Shown: positions 19,547 to 29,831 of the stretch, piece after piece | Position numbering within the stretch: position 1 is the first letter of the stretch | How the letters are laid out: every line of letters begins with the position of its first letter | DNA from: an uncultured Collinsella sp. | Lineage (GTDB): Bacteria; Actinomycetota; Coriobacteriia; Coriobacteriales; Coriobacteriaceae | Length of the DNA stretch: 48,173 nucleotides | Direction of reading: 5' to 3' | Assembly: GCA_900757285.1 (NCBI GenBank) | Contig: CAAENI010000299.1 | Span: 1 to 48,173 of the forward strand | Made by a program: the position numbers and the translations under genes | The notes under the pieces: generated by a model | The model's input: only the letters and a program-made list of their open reading frames with translations | Database searches by the model: none | What the model was told of the DNA's origin: nothing

Positions 19547-21720
19547 CCTCCGCTGACCTCCTTAAAAATGTGTCGATATCGCATGGCGACCGCATCGCGC
19601 AGGGGGCGCGTCGCCACGGAGTCAAGGTTGCAAGCATACCGCAAGAGCTCGACCGCGTCCAAATGGGCCCACTCGATCAGCTCCTCGTCGGCATCCAGGT
19701 CGACAAAGCGCAGGGTCACTCCGCCATGCTGGCGGTACCCCAGGATTTCGCCCTCGTGGCGCAGACGCAGGTCCATCTGGGCGAGCGTAAAGCCATCCGA
19801 GGTTTTTTCGAGCGATTGCAGGCGATCTTGTGCTGCCGAAGCGCCGCCGTTGCCCTTGGAGTGCGTCATGACCAGGCACGTGCCCGACACACTGCCACGG
19901 CCCACGCGACCGCGCAGCTGGTGCAGAGCAGCCAAACCAAAGCGCTCCCCGTTCTCGATGACCATGACGGTGGCGTTAGGCACGTCGACGCCCACCTCGA
20001 CCACCGTAGTCGAGACGAGCACGTCAATCTCGCCACGCTTAAAGGCATCGATAACCTGGTCCTTCTCCCCCGCTGGCATGCGGCCGTGAAGGCGCTCGAT
20101 GGCAAGACCCGGCAACGCCAGACGCAGGCGATCGAGCTCGGTCGCCGTATCGTGCAGCGGCACGGGGACCGTCACGCGGCCCTCGTCGTCGCGGGCGATA
20201 CCGGGCACGTCCTCCAGATCATCGGCCGAGTCACTCGGCTCCACGAGCGGGCAAATCACGTAGGCCTGCTGACCCTTTTCATGCGCCTCGCGGATGGCGC
20301 CATAGGCAAGGTCGCGACTCGACTCGGTAAGCACGCGTGTCGTCACGCCAGCGCCAGGGACGGGCCGATGGCGGATGATACTCGTGTCCAGATCGCCGTA
20401 GACCGAAAGCGCCAGCGTACGCGGGATGGGCGTTGCCGTCATAACGAGCAGATCGGCACCGGGGCCCTTCGCGCGCAAGGCATTGCGTTGGCCGACGCCA
20501 AACCGGTGCTGCTCATCGATGACTACGAGCGACAGATACTTAAACGCCACGTTATCCGAAAGGACCGCGTGGGTGCCAAAGAGGACATCGAGCTCGCCCG
20601 ATTCCAGCTGGGCATGGATCCGCTCGCGCTCGGCCGCCGGCGTGGCGCCCGTCAGGAGCGCCCAGGTCATACCAGCCTGCGAGAGCAAGGGGCCGGTCTT
20701 ATCGGCATATTGACGCGCCAGCACGCCCGTGGGCGCCATAACGCAGGCCTGCGTGCCGCTATCGGCAGCCACAGCCAGCGCGCAGGCGGCAACAGCGGTC
20801 TTGCCGGTACCGACATCGCCCAGCAGCAGGCGGTTCATCACGCGCCCGCCATCGCACATATCGCGCAGGATATCTTGGAACGCGGCCTGTTGCTCGTCGC
20901 TCAGCGAAAACGGCAGGGCCTGCTTAAGCGCGGCCAGGTGCTCGCCCGCGGCGTGGGCATAGGGTACCACATCGACCAGGCCGCCGTCGTTGCGCAGGCG
21001 CAGCGCCAGCTGCAGGTAGAGGCACTCCTCGTAGGCAAGCCGTGCGCGCGCGATATCGCGCTCAGCCATGCTCGAGGGAAAATGGATCGATCGAAGCGCA
21101 CGGGCATTGCTCATCAGGCGGCGCTTGACGCGCAAGCGTGCGGGAATCGGATCGAAGGGATTGCCGACGACCTCGAGCGCGCCACTTACGATGCGGCGCA
21201 TCCACGCCTGGCTCACGCCGTCACTCACATAATGGACCGGCAGGATAGTGCCCGCGGCGCGCCCTTCCTCAAGCTTTTCAAAGTGCGGCGAGGCCATCTG
21301 CTTAAAGCCGTAGGCAAACTCGACCTTACCCATTACGGCCAGGCGGTCGCCCTGCTTAAGCTGCTGGGCAATCCAGGGCTGGCGGAAAAAGGCGACCTGC
21401 AACACGCCCGTCTCGTCAACGAGTGAGACCTCGGTCACCTGCATGTGCGGACGAGGCTGCTTTTGGACGATACGGTCGACCGTGGCGATGATGGTACACA
21501 CGGTACCGATGGGCGCCATCTCGATGGACCAGGAGCGCGTAAAGTCCAGGTATCGATGAGGGATATGGAGAAGGAGGTCCCCCACCGTCCGAATTCCCAG
21601 ACGGCGAAGGGCCTCCTCACGTTTACCCGAAACATATTTGAGTCGCGCGATATCCTCGTCGAGCGCATTGCTCTGGGCAAAGCGCTCCAAGACGCGCGGC
21701 ACGGAGCACAGTTCGGACAT
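19543..21720 (-). CDS. recG: ATP-dependent DNA helicase RecG
   Basis: GDVGTGKT, IDEQHRFGV, MTATPIPRTL, HQLRGRVGRG. Confidence 0.97.
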   Translation of the reverse strand: MSELCSVPRVLERFAQSNALDEDIARLKYVSGKREEALRRLGIRTVGDLLLHIPHRYLDFTRSWSIEMAPIGTVCTIIATVDRIVQKQPRPHMQVTEVSLVDETGVLQVAFFRQPWIAQQLKQGDRLAVMGKVEFAYGFKQMASPHFEKLEEGRAAGTILPVHYVSDGVSQAWMRRIVSGALEVVGNPFDPIPARLRVKRRLMSNARALRSIHFPSSMAERDIARARLAYEECLYLQLALRLRNDGGLVDVVPYAHAAGEHLAALKQALPFSLSDEQQAAFQDILRDMCDGGRVMNRLLLGDVGTGKTAVAACALAVAADSGTQACVMAPTGVLARQYADKTGPLLSQAGMTWALLTGATPAAERERIHAQLESGELDVLFGTHAVLSDNVAFKYLSLVVIDEQHRFGVGQRNALRAKGPGADLLVMTATPIPRTLALSVYGDLDTSIIRHRPVPGAGVTTRVLTESSRDLAYGAIREAHEKGQQAYVICPLVEPSDSADDLEDVPGIARDDEGRVTVPVPLHDTATELDRLRLALPGLAIERLHGRMPAGEKDQVIDAFKRGEIDVLVSTTVVEVGVDVPNATVMVIENGERFGLAALHQLRGRVGRGSVSGTCLVMTHSKGNGGASAAQDRLQSLEKTSDGFTLAQMDLRLRHEGEILGYRQHGGVTLRFVDLDADEELIEWAHLDAVELLRYACNLDSVATRPLRDAVAMRYRHIFKEVSGG

Positions 21721-21730
21721 GGGCAGTTGC

Positions 21731-23392
21731 CTACTCGATCGAGAAGATCACGGGATAGAGCGGCTGCTCGCCACGATGGGCGTCAATCTCCAGATCGGGC
21801 TGAGCCTCCTCAATGGCATCGACAATCTCCTGGAAGGCCTCATTGGACAGTTCCTCGCCTGCCAGAATCGTCAGCGCGTCGCCCTCCTCTTCCTCCTGCA
21901 TGCGGTTGATGCAATCGAGCGTGACCTGCTTCACGTCGGAGCCGACCACATCAATGGAGCCGGCAATGATACCCATGACGTCACCGGAGTGAATCGGCGA
22001 GCCGTCGGAGGCGCTGGAATCGCGCACGGCACGGGTGACCTCGCCATCGCGAACCTCACTGATGGCGTCGACCATAGCGGCGACGGCATCCTCAAGCTCG
22101 GAATCGGGTAGGACCGCGAACAGCGCGGAGAAGGCCTGCGGAACGGTCTTGGTGGGAACGACGGCGACCTTCTTGTCGGTGCAGGCTGAAGCAGCGGCCT
22201 CGGCGGCCATGCGGATGTTGCCGTTGTTGGGCAGGATGATGACCGAGGTCGCGTTGACCTGGTCGACGGCGCCCAGCAGGTCGGCGGTCGAGGGGTTCAT
22301 GGTCTGGCCACCCGAGACGATCACGTCAACGCCGAGAGACTTGAGGATGTCTGCCTCGCCAGAACCGGCGGCAACGGCGACAAAGCCCAGGGCCTTCGCG
22401 GGCTCGGCGGCCTTTTCCTGGTCCTCGTGGATCTTGGCAGTACGGTCGTGGGCCTCCATCTCCATGTTATGGATAAAGACTTCGTAGATCTGACCAAGCT
22501 GCAGCATGTGCTCGAGCACCAAGTTGGGGGTGTTGGAGTGCACGTGAATCTTGTAATCGGGGTAAGCACCCACGAGCAGCTCGCAGTCGCCCATGGAACC
22601 CAGGAACTTGAGGCACTCGTCCTCGTCAAAGGGAGCGTCGGCCTTAAAGAGGAACTCGTTGCAGTAGCGGAATTCCGAGCCCTCCCAGTCGTCGTTGGCC
22701 TCGATCTCAACACGACCAAGGGCCGCGTCGCGGGCAGAGCAGGCGGAATCAAACGTGGCGGAGAAATCCTCGACAACGGTGCTGCGGCCAAGAGCGGCGG
22801 CAACAAAGTTCTCAAGGAAAATAGCAAAGCCAAAGGCGCCGGAGTCGACCACGCCGTTCTCCTTCAGAACGGGCAGCAGGTCGGGCGTGCGGGCGACGGA
22901 CTGGTAGGCCTCGACGACGATGGCGTCGAGCGCGTCCTCGGCCGAGAACTTCTTCTTTTCGCACTCGTCGGCCTTGGTCGAGACATCGCGCAACACCGTG
23001 AGGATCGTACCCTCGATGGGCTTACGGACGGCCTGGAAGGCAACCTTGACGGCACGACGGAAGGCGAAGGCGATGTTGGCGGACGTAATGGGCTCGTCGG
23101 CGGAGACAAGGCCCTCGGCCACGCCGCGCAAGATCTGCGAGGTGATGACGCCGGAGTTGCCGCGGGCGCCCATCAGGGAGCCGTGGGTGATGGCGCCGGC
23201 GATGGCCTCCATGTCGGCGTCGGCGGGAAGGGCAGAAAGCTCCTTGGTCACCGAGGCGAGCGTGAGCGACATGTTGGTGCCGGTGTCACCGTCGGGCACG
23301 GGAAAGACGTTGAGCTTGTTGATCTCCTCGGCCTTGTCGGAAACGGCAGCCGCAGCGATCGGAAAACAGGTGCGAATGGTCTTTGCAATCAT
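21731..23392 (-). CDS. DAK2 domain fatty acid kinase subunit (FakA/YloV family)
   Basis: LNVFPVPDGDTGTNM, GARGNSGVI, GGQTMNPS; between asp23 and recG. Confidence 0.93.
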   Translation of the reverse strand: MIAKTIRTCFPIAAAAVSDKAEEINKLNVFPVPDGDTGTNMSLTLASVTKELSALPADADMEAIAGAITHGSLMGARGNSGVITSQILRGVAEGLVSADEPITSANIAFAFRRAVKVAFQAVRKPIEGTILTVLRDVSTKADECEKKKFSAEDALDAIVVEAYQSVARTPDLLPVLKENGVVDSGAFGFAIFLENFVAAALGRSTVVEDFSATFDSACSARDAALGRVEIEANDDWEGSEFRYCNEFLFKADAPFDEDECLKFLGSMGDCELLVGAYPDYKIHVHSNTPNLVLEHMLQLGQIYEVFIHNMEMEAHDRTAKIHEDQEKAAEPAKALGFVAVAAGSGEADILKSLGVDVIVSGGQTMNPSTADLLGAVDQVNATSVIILPNNGNIRMAAEAAASACTDKKVAVVPTKTVPQAFSALFAVLPDSELEDAVAAMVDAISEVRDGEVTRAVRDSSASDGSPIHSGDVMGIIAGSIDVVGSDVKQVTLDCINRMQEEEEGDALTILAGEELSNEAFQEIVDAIEEAQPDLEIDAHRGEQPLYPVIFSIE

Positions 23393-23419
23393 GGGTATTT
23401 AAATCTCCGTTTTCGGATG

Positions 23420-23776
23420 CTAGTTCAGACGGCTCTTGAGCGCGTCGATATGGATGCCGATCTTAAGGCTGGCGGGATCGATCTGGGCGATCTCCTGCAG
23501 GGTGAAGGCAACGGAGCTCGAAAGATTGTGGCAGACGGATTTCATGTTGACGCCGTTCTCGAGCACGACGTGAAGATCGACCGTAAGGCCGTTCTCGTCG
23601 GCGGAGACAAGCACGCCCTTGCGGAGGCGCTGACCGGCAAGCAGGCGCACGCTCTCGGCGCCTTGGAGCTGCTCAGCCATACCGACGACGCCATAGCACG
23701 TCATCGCGGCATAACCGGCAATATCGGCAATAACGTCGTTCGAGACGCTCAGGCTGCCGTTGATGGTCTCAGACAC
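23420..23776 (-). CDS. Asp23/Gls24 family protein (YloU-like)
   Basis: VIADIAGYAAMTCYGVVGM motif, upstream of the DAK2 gene. Confidence 0.92.
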   Translation of the reverse strand: MSETINGSLSVSNDVIADIAGYAAMTCYGVVGMAEQLQGAESVRLLAGQRLRKGVLVSADENGLTVDLHVVLENGVNMKSVCHNLSSSVAFTLQEIAQIDPASLKIGIHIDALKSRLN

Positions 23777-23934
23777 AAGAATCTCCTTATCTGGTGCTCA
23801 CGGCACCATGTCGTGGGAGCAATCATTGCAATATTCTACAACGACCGCGCCATGTTGAGGTGATGGGTCGCGGGATTACATCCTCGACACGAAATGTTGA
23901 TATGGCAACGTCCGAGTCAAGTGGTCGCAGCATG

Positions 23935-23964
23935 AAAAAACCCGCCGCATAAGCGACGGGTTTT
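23935..23964 (-). terminator. Intrinsic terminator after the tRNA-Asn pair
   Basis: AAAACCCG...CGGGTTTT stem with a T6 tail on the minus strand. Confidence 0.8.
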
Positions 23965-23970
23965 ACAACC

Positions 23971-24045
23971 TGGCTCCCCGGGTAGGACTCGAACCTACAA
24001 CAGCGCGGTTAACAGCCGCGTGCTCTACCATTGAGCTACCGAGGA
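23971..24045 (-). tRNA. tRNA-Asn (GTT), copy 2
   Basis: TCCTCGGTAGCTCAATGGTAGAGCACGCGGCTGTTAACCGCGCTGTTGTAGGTTCGAGTCCTACCCGGGGAGCCA; cloverleaf with encoded CCA. Confidence 0.97.
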
Positions 24046-24079
24046 ATTTAAAAGCCCAGCGGAATGGGCTGAGAAATTC

Positions 24080-24154
24080 TGGCTCCCCGGGTAGGACTCG
24101 AACCTACAACAGCGCGGTTAACAGCCGCGTGCTCTACCATTGAGCTACCGAGGA
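24080..24154 (-). tRNA. tRNA-Asn (GTT), copy 1
   Basis: Identical 75-nt sequence to 23971..24045. Confidence 0.97.
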
Positions 24155-24184
24155 ATAGGTGCGTGCTCTCAAGCAACGAAGTTT

Positions 24185-24212
24185 ATTATACGGACGAATC
24201 AGCTCAGGGCAA
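24185..24212 (-). promoter_or_regulatory. Sigma-70-type promoter for the tRNA-Asn pair
   Basis: TTGCCC-16 bp-TATAAT on the minus strand, with an A-rich UP-like tract upstream. Confidence 0.75.
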
Positions 24213-24240
24213 GAACTTTTTTAAGAATTTTTCCGACCTA

Positions 24241-24264
24241 GTCATTGGGGACGTCCCCAATGAC
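24241..24264. repeat. Perfect 24-bp palindrome GTCATTGGGGACGTCCCCAATGAC
   Basis: Exact self-reverse-complement; intergenic between the rpoD terminator and the tRNA promoter. Confidence 0.85.
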
Positions 24265-24270
24265 CACATG

Positions 24271-24306
24271 GAAGCGCCCCCAAGCGGATGTGCTTGAGGG
24301 CGCTTC
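24271..24306 (-). terminator. Stem-loop after rpoD
   Basis: GAAGCGCCCCCAAGC...GCTTGAGGGCGCTTC, 12 nt downstream of the stop codon. Confidence 0.6.
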
Positions 24307-24318
24307 TTGCTTGCGAGG

Positions 24319-25683
24319 TTATGACTCGATGTAGTCCTTCAGCTTGCTGCTGCGGCTCGGGTGGCGGAGCTTGGCCAAGGTCTTGGACTCGATCTGGCGG
24401 ATACGCTCGCGCGTGACGCCAAACTCGCGGCCGACTTCCTCGAGCGTGCGGGGATGCCCGTCGACAAGGCCAAAGCGCAGCTCGATAACCTTGCGCTCAC
24501 GATCGGCAAGCGAGTCGAGCACCTGAGTGAGTTGCTCCTGCAGCATGGAGAAGCTGGCGGCATCGGGCGGAACGATAGCCTGGGAGTCCTCGATAAAGTC
24601 GCCCAGCTGGGAATCCTCTTCCTCGCCGATGGGGGTCTCAAGCGACACGGGCTCCTGCGAGATCTTCTGGATCTCGCGGACGCGGTCGGCGCTCATGTCC
24701 ATCTCGGCACCGATCTCCTCGGGGGTCGGGTCGCGACCCAGGTCCTGAAGGAGCTGGCGCTGCACGCGGACGAGCTTGTTGATAGTCTCGACCATATGCA
24801 CGGGAATACGGATGGTACGGGCCTGGTCGGCGATAGCGCGCGTAATGGCCTGACGGATCCACCACGTGGCGTACGTGGAGAACTTGAAGCCCTTCTGGTA
24901 GTCGAACTTCTCGACGGCGCGAATCAGACCGAGGTTACCCTCCTGGATCAGGTCAAGGAACAGCATGCCGCGGCCGACATAGCGCTTGGCGATGGAGACG
25001 ACCAGACGCAGGTTTGCGCTGATGAGTGCCTGCTTGGCTTCGAGGCCGACGTTCTCAATGCGCGTAAGACGACGCATCTCGGCACGCGTGAGCTCGAGCT
25101 CACCGGCATCGGCGGCCTCGAGTTTCTCGGTGGCCTCGAGACCGGCCTCGATCTTCATGGCCAGATCGACCTCTTCGGAGGCGGTCAGCAGGTCGACCTT
25201 GCCGATCTCTTTGAGGTACATACGAACCGGATCGCCGGTCAGCATCACCGTGGAGGCATCGATGCCACGCACGCGGGAGCGTGAACGGGACGTGCGCACG
25301 GTGCGCTTCTTCTTGCTCTTGGAAGAACCCATCTCGGCGTCGGCCTGACGGGCCATCTTGAGCTCGTGATCGTCGAGCGAGCCGGAATCGTGCTCATCGT
25401 CGTCATCAAAATCGTCGGTATCGGTATCGTTATCGTCATCGTCGACGTCCATGGGGGCGTCGTCGTTTCCGCTCGCGGAGATAATCTGGATGCCGCTGTT
25501 GCGCAGCGCGGAATACACCGCGGTGAGCTGCTCGTCAGAAACATCGATATCCTTCAGGGCGACCTGAATCTCGTCCTCGGTTACCGAAGTCCTGTTTGAG
25601 CCGTTGCCCATGAGCTTTGCAACGTAGGATTCCAGCCCAGTACCCGTGCTCTCAGTCTTTTTTGGCACAGATTCTCCCTTCAT
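24319..25683 (-). CDS. rpoD: Primary RNA polymerase sigma factor
   Basis: [46 protein letters not shown]; the start may instead be GTG at 25668. Confidence 0.97.
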   Translation of the reverse strand: MKGESVPKKTESTGTGLESYVAKLMGNGSNRTSVTEDEIQVALKDIDVSDEQLTAVYSALRNSGIQIISASGNDDAPMDVDDDDNDTDTDDFDDDDEHDSGSLDDHELKMARQADAEMGSSKSKKKRTVRTSRSRSRVRGIDASTVMLTGDPVRMYLKEIGKVDLLTASEEVDLAMKIEAGLEATEKLEAADAGELELTRAEMRRLTRIENVGLEAKQALISANLRLVVSIAKRYVGRGMLFLDLIQEGNLGLIRAVEKFDYQKGFKFSTYATWWIRQAITRAIADQARTIRIPVHMVETINKLVRVQRQLLQDLGRDPTPEEIGAEMDMSADRVREIQKISQEPVSLETPIGEEEDSQLGDFIEDSQAIVPPDAASFSMLQEQLTQVLDSLADRERKVIELRFGLVDGHPRTLEEVGREFGVTRERIRQIESKTLAKLRHPSRSSKLKDYIES

Positions 25684-25778
25684 AGTCCACAGGACTCAAT
25701 ACTTTAGCACACACATTGACGTCTATACCCAAAAAGACAACTGGATATAGGCGAGAATACGCTGGTTGACCACAACAT

Positions 25779-27887
25779 CTAGGCCTGTTCGGTGCCCGCG
25801 GTCTCCAAACCGATCAAACGGAACGGGTCCGCCACGCCGCCGATAGACTTTTGCAGCTCGCGTTGACGCTGCGAATCCTGCGCGGCCTGCACGGTCAGCG
25901 CGCGGCGGGCCTCATCGTCGAGCGAACGGTCCTGGCGCAGCTTGGCCTGTGCGGCACGCATGCGGCGCTTGATGGTGTAGAGCTCGAGCGTATCGAGCAT
26001 AAACACGATGTTCGTCTCGGTGGGGTGCTTGCTCGTCGCCGAGATGCGCCCGGCACTCACAAGCGTTGCCGCCTCGGGACACACCGAGCGCGCCGCATCC
26101 ATGCAGGCTGCAGGATCGGTTCCCGGCGGCGTTGCCAGAACGGCCCATGCGATGGACTCGTGACGTGGGTCAACCCACTCGATAGAGCAGATGCGGTCGG
26201 CATACGTGCGGAACAGGTCGGGGTAGCTCGTGAGCATGGTCAGCAGCTCACGCTCCCCTGCCAAGGACTTACGCTCAAGATCAGTAAGAACCATCGGCGC
26301 CGCCGCAGCCGGAGCACCCGAACCATCAGTCACAGGTACAGCACCCATACCATCAGGCGCGTCGATCGGCGGCAGGTCGTCGACGACCTCCACGGGCGCG
26401 GCGCCGTAGGCATCGAGCGGGACGTAGTCATACGGCTCTTCTTCGACCGGCGCGAACACCGGCGGCGTCGCGCCCGATGCCCAAGCACCGCGAGATGCCC
26501 CCTGCGAACCAGACGTCCGACCGCCCGCGCTACCAGAGCGCTCAGCCTGTGCCCGCTGGCGCTCATAGTTCTGCTCACGACGTCGTTCCGCATCCTCGCG
26601 CTTGGCGACATCGCGAAACACACGGCCCGAGCTCGCACGCACTGTCTCCAGATCCAAACCCAACAGGTCGGCAATTTGAATAAAGTACGTGTCGATCATA
26701 TAGCTGTCGCGCAGCGGATAGATAAGCGTCAGCGCATCCTCCAGCGCCTTGGCGCGACCGCCCGGCGTGGAGATGTCGCTCGACTCCTGCAGCGAACGGT
26801 ACACGAAGTCCATGAGCGGCTCGGCGGCGTCAATGCGTTTCTGCAGCTCCCCTCCGCCGTGCGCCGTGATGAACTCCATGGGGTCGTTGCCGTCGGGCAG
26901 CACCACGCAGCGCAGGTCCATCGAATCCTGCTCGATAAATTGAATCGCGCGACGGGCGGCCTTCTGGCCCGCGGCATCGCCATCGAACATATACACGATA
27001 CGCTTGGCAAAGCGGGTGAGCGTCTTGACGTGATGCTCCGTGAGCGCGGTGCCCAGCGTGGCGACAACGTTTTTAATCCCCGCCTCCCAACAGGCGATGC
27101 AGTCGGTATAGCCCTCCACCACGATGGCGGTATCCTGCGCGACGATAAACTCCTTGGCCCAATTAAAGCCGTAGAGGTTTCGCTTTTTATGAAACACGCT
27201 CGTCTCGGCGGTGTTGAGGTACTTGGGTTGGCCGTCTCCCATGATGCGACCGCCAAAGGCGATGTTGTGACCCTGCTCATCAAAAATGGGGAACATCACG
27301 CGGTCGTAGAAGCGGTCGGCAAGCTGCCCGCGCCCGCGGCTCACGGCAACGTTGGCATCGATCATCTCCTGCGGGGTAAAACCCACCTGGGACAGGTGCG
27401 ACACCAGCGCGTTGCGGCCAGGCGCAAAGCCCAGGCAGTAGCGGCGGCAGACGTCGCCACCCATGCCGCGGCTGGCAAAGTACTCGCGCGGACGGCCGTC
27501 CTTACCGCGCATAAGCATGGTGTGATAGAACTGGGCGGTCTCGGCGCACAGATCGTAGATGCGGGCACGCTTGGTACCGCGCTCGCGGCGGTCTCCGGTG
27601 TCGTGCAGCTCAATACCCGCGCGATCGGCCAAATAACGGATTGACTCGGGAAAGCTCAGGTTCTCGCGCTTCATGATATAGGTGAAGACGTCGCCACCCT
27701 CGCCGCAGCCAAAGCAGTGCCAGACCTGCGTGGCGGGAATAATGTGGAAGGACGGAGTCTTTTCGCCATGAAAAGGGCAGCAACCCCAAAACTCATGACC
27801 GCGGGGCTTGAGCTCAACCGTTTCCTGCACGATGGCGACTAAGTCGGACGCAGCGCGTACCTGGTCTTTTTCCTCATCGCTAATCAC
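25779..27887 (-). CDS. dnaG: DNA primase
   Basis: CPFHGEKTPSF...CFGC zinc domain, PKYLNT, VEGYTD, FDGDAAG TOPRIM. Confidence 0.96.
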   Translation of the reverse strand: MISDEEKDQVRAASDLVAIVQETVELKPRGHEFWGCCPFHGEKTPSFHIIPATQVWHCFGCGEGGDVFTYIMKRENLSFPESIRYLADRAGIELHDTGDRRERGTKRARIYDLCAETAQFYHTMLMRGKDGRPREYFASRGMGGDVCRRYCLGFAPGRNALVSHLSQVGFTPQEMIDANVAVSRGRGQLADRFYDRVMFPIFDEQGHNIAFGGRIMGDGQPKYLNTAETSVFHKKRNLYGFNWAKEFIVAQDTAIVVEGYTDCIACWEAGIKNVVATLGTALTEHHVKTLTRFAKRIVYMFDGDAAGQKAARRAIQFIEQDSMDLRCVVLPDGNDPMEFITAHGGGELQKRIDAAEPLMDFVYRSLQESSDISTPGGRAKALEDALTLIYPLRDSYMIDTYFIQIADLLGLDLETVRASSGRVFRDVAKREDAERRREQNYERQRAQAERSGSAGGRTSGSQGASRGAWASGATPPVFAPVEEEPYDYVPLDAYGAAPVEVVDDLPPIDAPDGMGAVPVTDGSGAPAAAAPMVLTDLERKSLAGERELLTMLTSYPDLFRTYADRICSIEWVDPRHESIAWAVLATPPGTDPAACMDAARSVCPEAATLVSAGRISATSKHPTETNIVFMLDTLELYTIKRRMRAAQAKLRQDRSLDDEARRALTVQAAQDSQRQRELQKSIGGVADPFRLIGLETAGTEQA

Positions 27888-28887
27888 GGACGCTCACCCC
27901 CTGCTCGCCCAAGTTGTGACGAATATCTTCGATATTACCCTCGACGGTCGCGATCAACTCATCCAGCGAATCGAACACGCGCGACGGACGCAGCCAGCGC
28001 GTAAACGCCAGCGAAACGGAAGCACCGTACAGGTCGCCCGTATAACCAATTAAATTAGCCTCAAGATGCGCAGATGCCGCATCGTCGGCATACGTCGGCG
28101 GCAGTCCGACGTTAACGGCAGCGGGCCACACGATGTCGTTTACCAGCACCAGGCCCTCATACACGCCATCGGCAGGCACCTGAATGCCGTCGGGAACCTG
28201 TAGGTTTGCCGTGGGAAAGCCCATGCCAGAGCCCTCGTGGCGGCCGCGAATAACACCGCCACGCACCATATACGGGCGGCCGAGTAACCCAGCAGCAAGC
28301 CCCACATGGCCCTGTCCCAGCTCGTGACGAATGCGGGTGGCGCAAATGGCCTCACCGCCCTCGCAAAGCAAGTCGTGCCCGTATACGTCAACGCCGCGCT
28401 CGGCACCCCAGGCGCGCATCTCGGCAACACCAGAAGCACCGCCACGACCCAGCCTAAAGTCGCTGCCAACGCGAATCGATCGAATGTCGACCAGACGCGA
28501 CACCAGCGAGAGAAAATCAACATGGTCAAGCGACGCAACCTCAGGCGTAAAGGGAACGGCCACCACTGCATCGACCCCGGTTTGAGCCAGGGCATGCAGA
28601 CGGTCGGCCGTCGTCATCAATTTTTGAGCGGGCGAAGGGCTCACCACGACGTCCGGGTCGGGATCGAAGGTAACCACGACCGCCTTACAGCCATGGGCAC
28701 GGGCATCACAGACAAGCGCTTCGATGAGTTCCTGGTGTCCACGGTGCACACCATCGAAAACGCCGATGGCGATGGAGGCAGCACCCAAGTGCTCGCACTC
28801 ATCAAATGCATCGGCAGCAACGATGCGAGCCTCGTCCGACTCGCCCGCGAAAAAGATACGCGCGAGCTCGCGAGCGGACAACATCAT
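27880..28887 (-). CDS. ribF: Bifunctional riboflavin kinase / FAD synthetase
   Basis: GVFDGVHRGH, GFPTAN, GVY, EANL. Confidence 0.94.
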   Translation of the reverse strand: MMLSARELARIFFAGESDEARIVAADAFDECEHLGAASIAIGVFDGVHRGHQELIEALVCDARAHGCKAVVVTFDPDPDVVVSPSPAQKLMTTADRLHALAQTGVDAVVAVPFTPEVASLDHVDFLSLVSRLVDIRSIRVGSDFRLGRGGASGVAEMRAWGAERGVDVYGHDLLCEGGEAICATRIRHELGQGHVGLAAGLLGRPYMVRGGVIRGRHEGSGMGFPTANLQVPDGIQVPADGVYEGLVLVNDIVWPAAVNVGLPPTYADDAASAHLEANLIGYTGDLYGASVSLAFTRWLRPSRVFDSLDELIATVEGNIEDIRHNLGEQGVSVRD

Positions 28888-29816
28888 CGAACACCGCCGA
28901 TTGCCTGCGGAAACACGTGCTCCATGACAAAGCGGCCACTCTCAATGCGGGCGAGCGCCTTGAGTCCCCCATCGAGCACCAACGCAAACGGCGCCTTCGA
29001 GGCATCGAAATCGGCAAGCGCACGCTCAACGGGAGTGCGTCGGCCGCAGAGCAGGTCATCGGCAAGATTGCCAGGCAAGTCAACACGCGTGGCGCCCAGG
29101 GCCGCAATGGGATCCAGGGCAAAGCCAGCCGCGGACTCGGGGGAAAGTTCCTCGACCGCATGACAAGCGCCAATGGAAACAACACCGGAGGCCGTGCGGC
29201 GCAACGCGGAAATGTGCGCGGCGCTCTCACAGGCGCGGCCCAAGTCTCGAGCGAGCGCACGGATATAGGTGCCCTTGCTCACCGAGAACGCCACGGTCCA
29301 CACACACGTATCACCTTCGCCGCCCACGGCGATCAGGTCGGCGGCATAGACCTCGACGGGGCGCGGAGGCAGGTCCACCGCATTGCCCTCGCGAGCAGAC
29401 TTGTAGGCGCGAACGCCATTGACCGAGATAGCCGAAAACGCCGGCGGCACCTGCATCTGCGGACCCAGCATGGCCGCCAAGCGCTCACGGGCATAGGCAG
29501 GATCGCGCAGCTCGTTGGCAATAGCCACCGTGCGGACCGCCTCGCCCTCCGCATCATCGGTATTGGTCTCGGCGCCAAACGAGATGTCGGCGACATAGCT
29601 TTTGGTATCGAGGGTTAGCATGCCCAGCAAACGAGTAGCCTGGCCAACACCCACCACCATGACACCCGATGCCATGGGGTCGAGCGTGCCGGCATGGCCG
29701 ACGCGACGCTCATGGAGGGCGCGCCGACATTGCGAGACCACATCGTGGGACGTGCAGCCCACCGGCTTATCGACGGCGAGCAGCATATTCAGTTGAGAAG
29801 GCGTACGACGAGCCAT
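28884..29816 (-). CDS. truB: tRNA pseudouridine(55) synthase
   Basis: DKPVGCTSHD, GHAGTLDPMASG, SKGTYIRALARD. Confidence 0.96.
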   Translation of the reverse strand: MARRTPSQLNMLLAVDKPVGCTSHDVVSQCRRALHERRVGHAGTLDPMASGVMVVGVGQATRLLGMLTLDTKSYVADISFGAETNTDDAEGEAVRTVAIANELRDPAYARERLAAMLGPQMQVPPAFSAISVNGVRAYKSAREGNAVDLPPRPVEVYAADLIAVGGEGDTCVWTVAFSVSKGTYIRALARDLGRACESAAHISALRRTASGVVSIGACHAVEELSPESAAGFALDPIAALGATRVDLPGNLADDLLCGRRTPVERALADFDASKAPFALVLDGGLKALARIESGRFVMEHVFPQAIGGVR

Positions 29817-29831
29817 GTACCATCCAAAAAG

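Noticed and set aside
23971..24154. CRISPR array or prophage attL/attR
   Set aside because: The repeat is two complete tRNA genes; no spacers, cas genes or integrase
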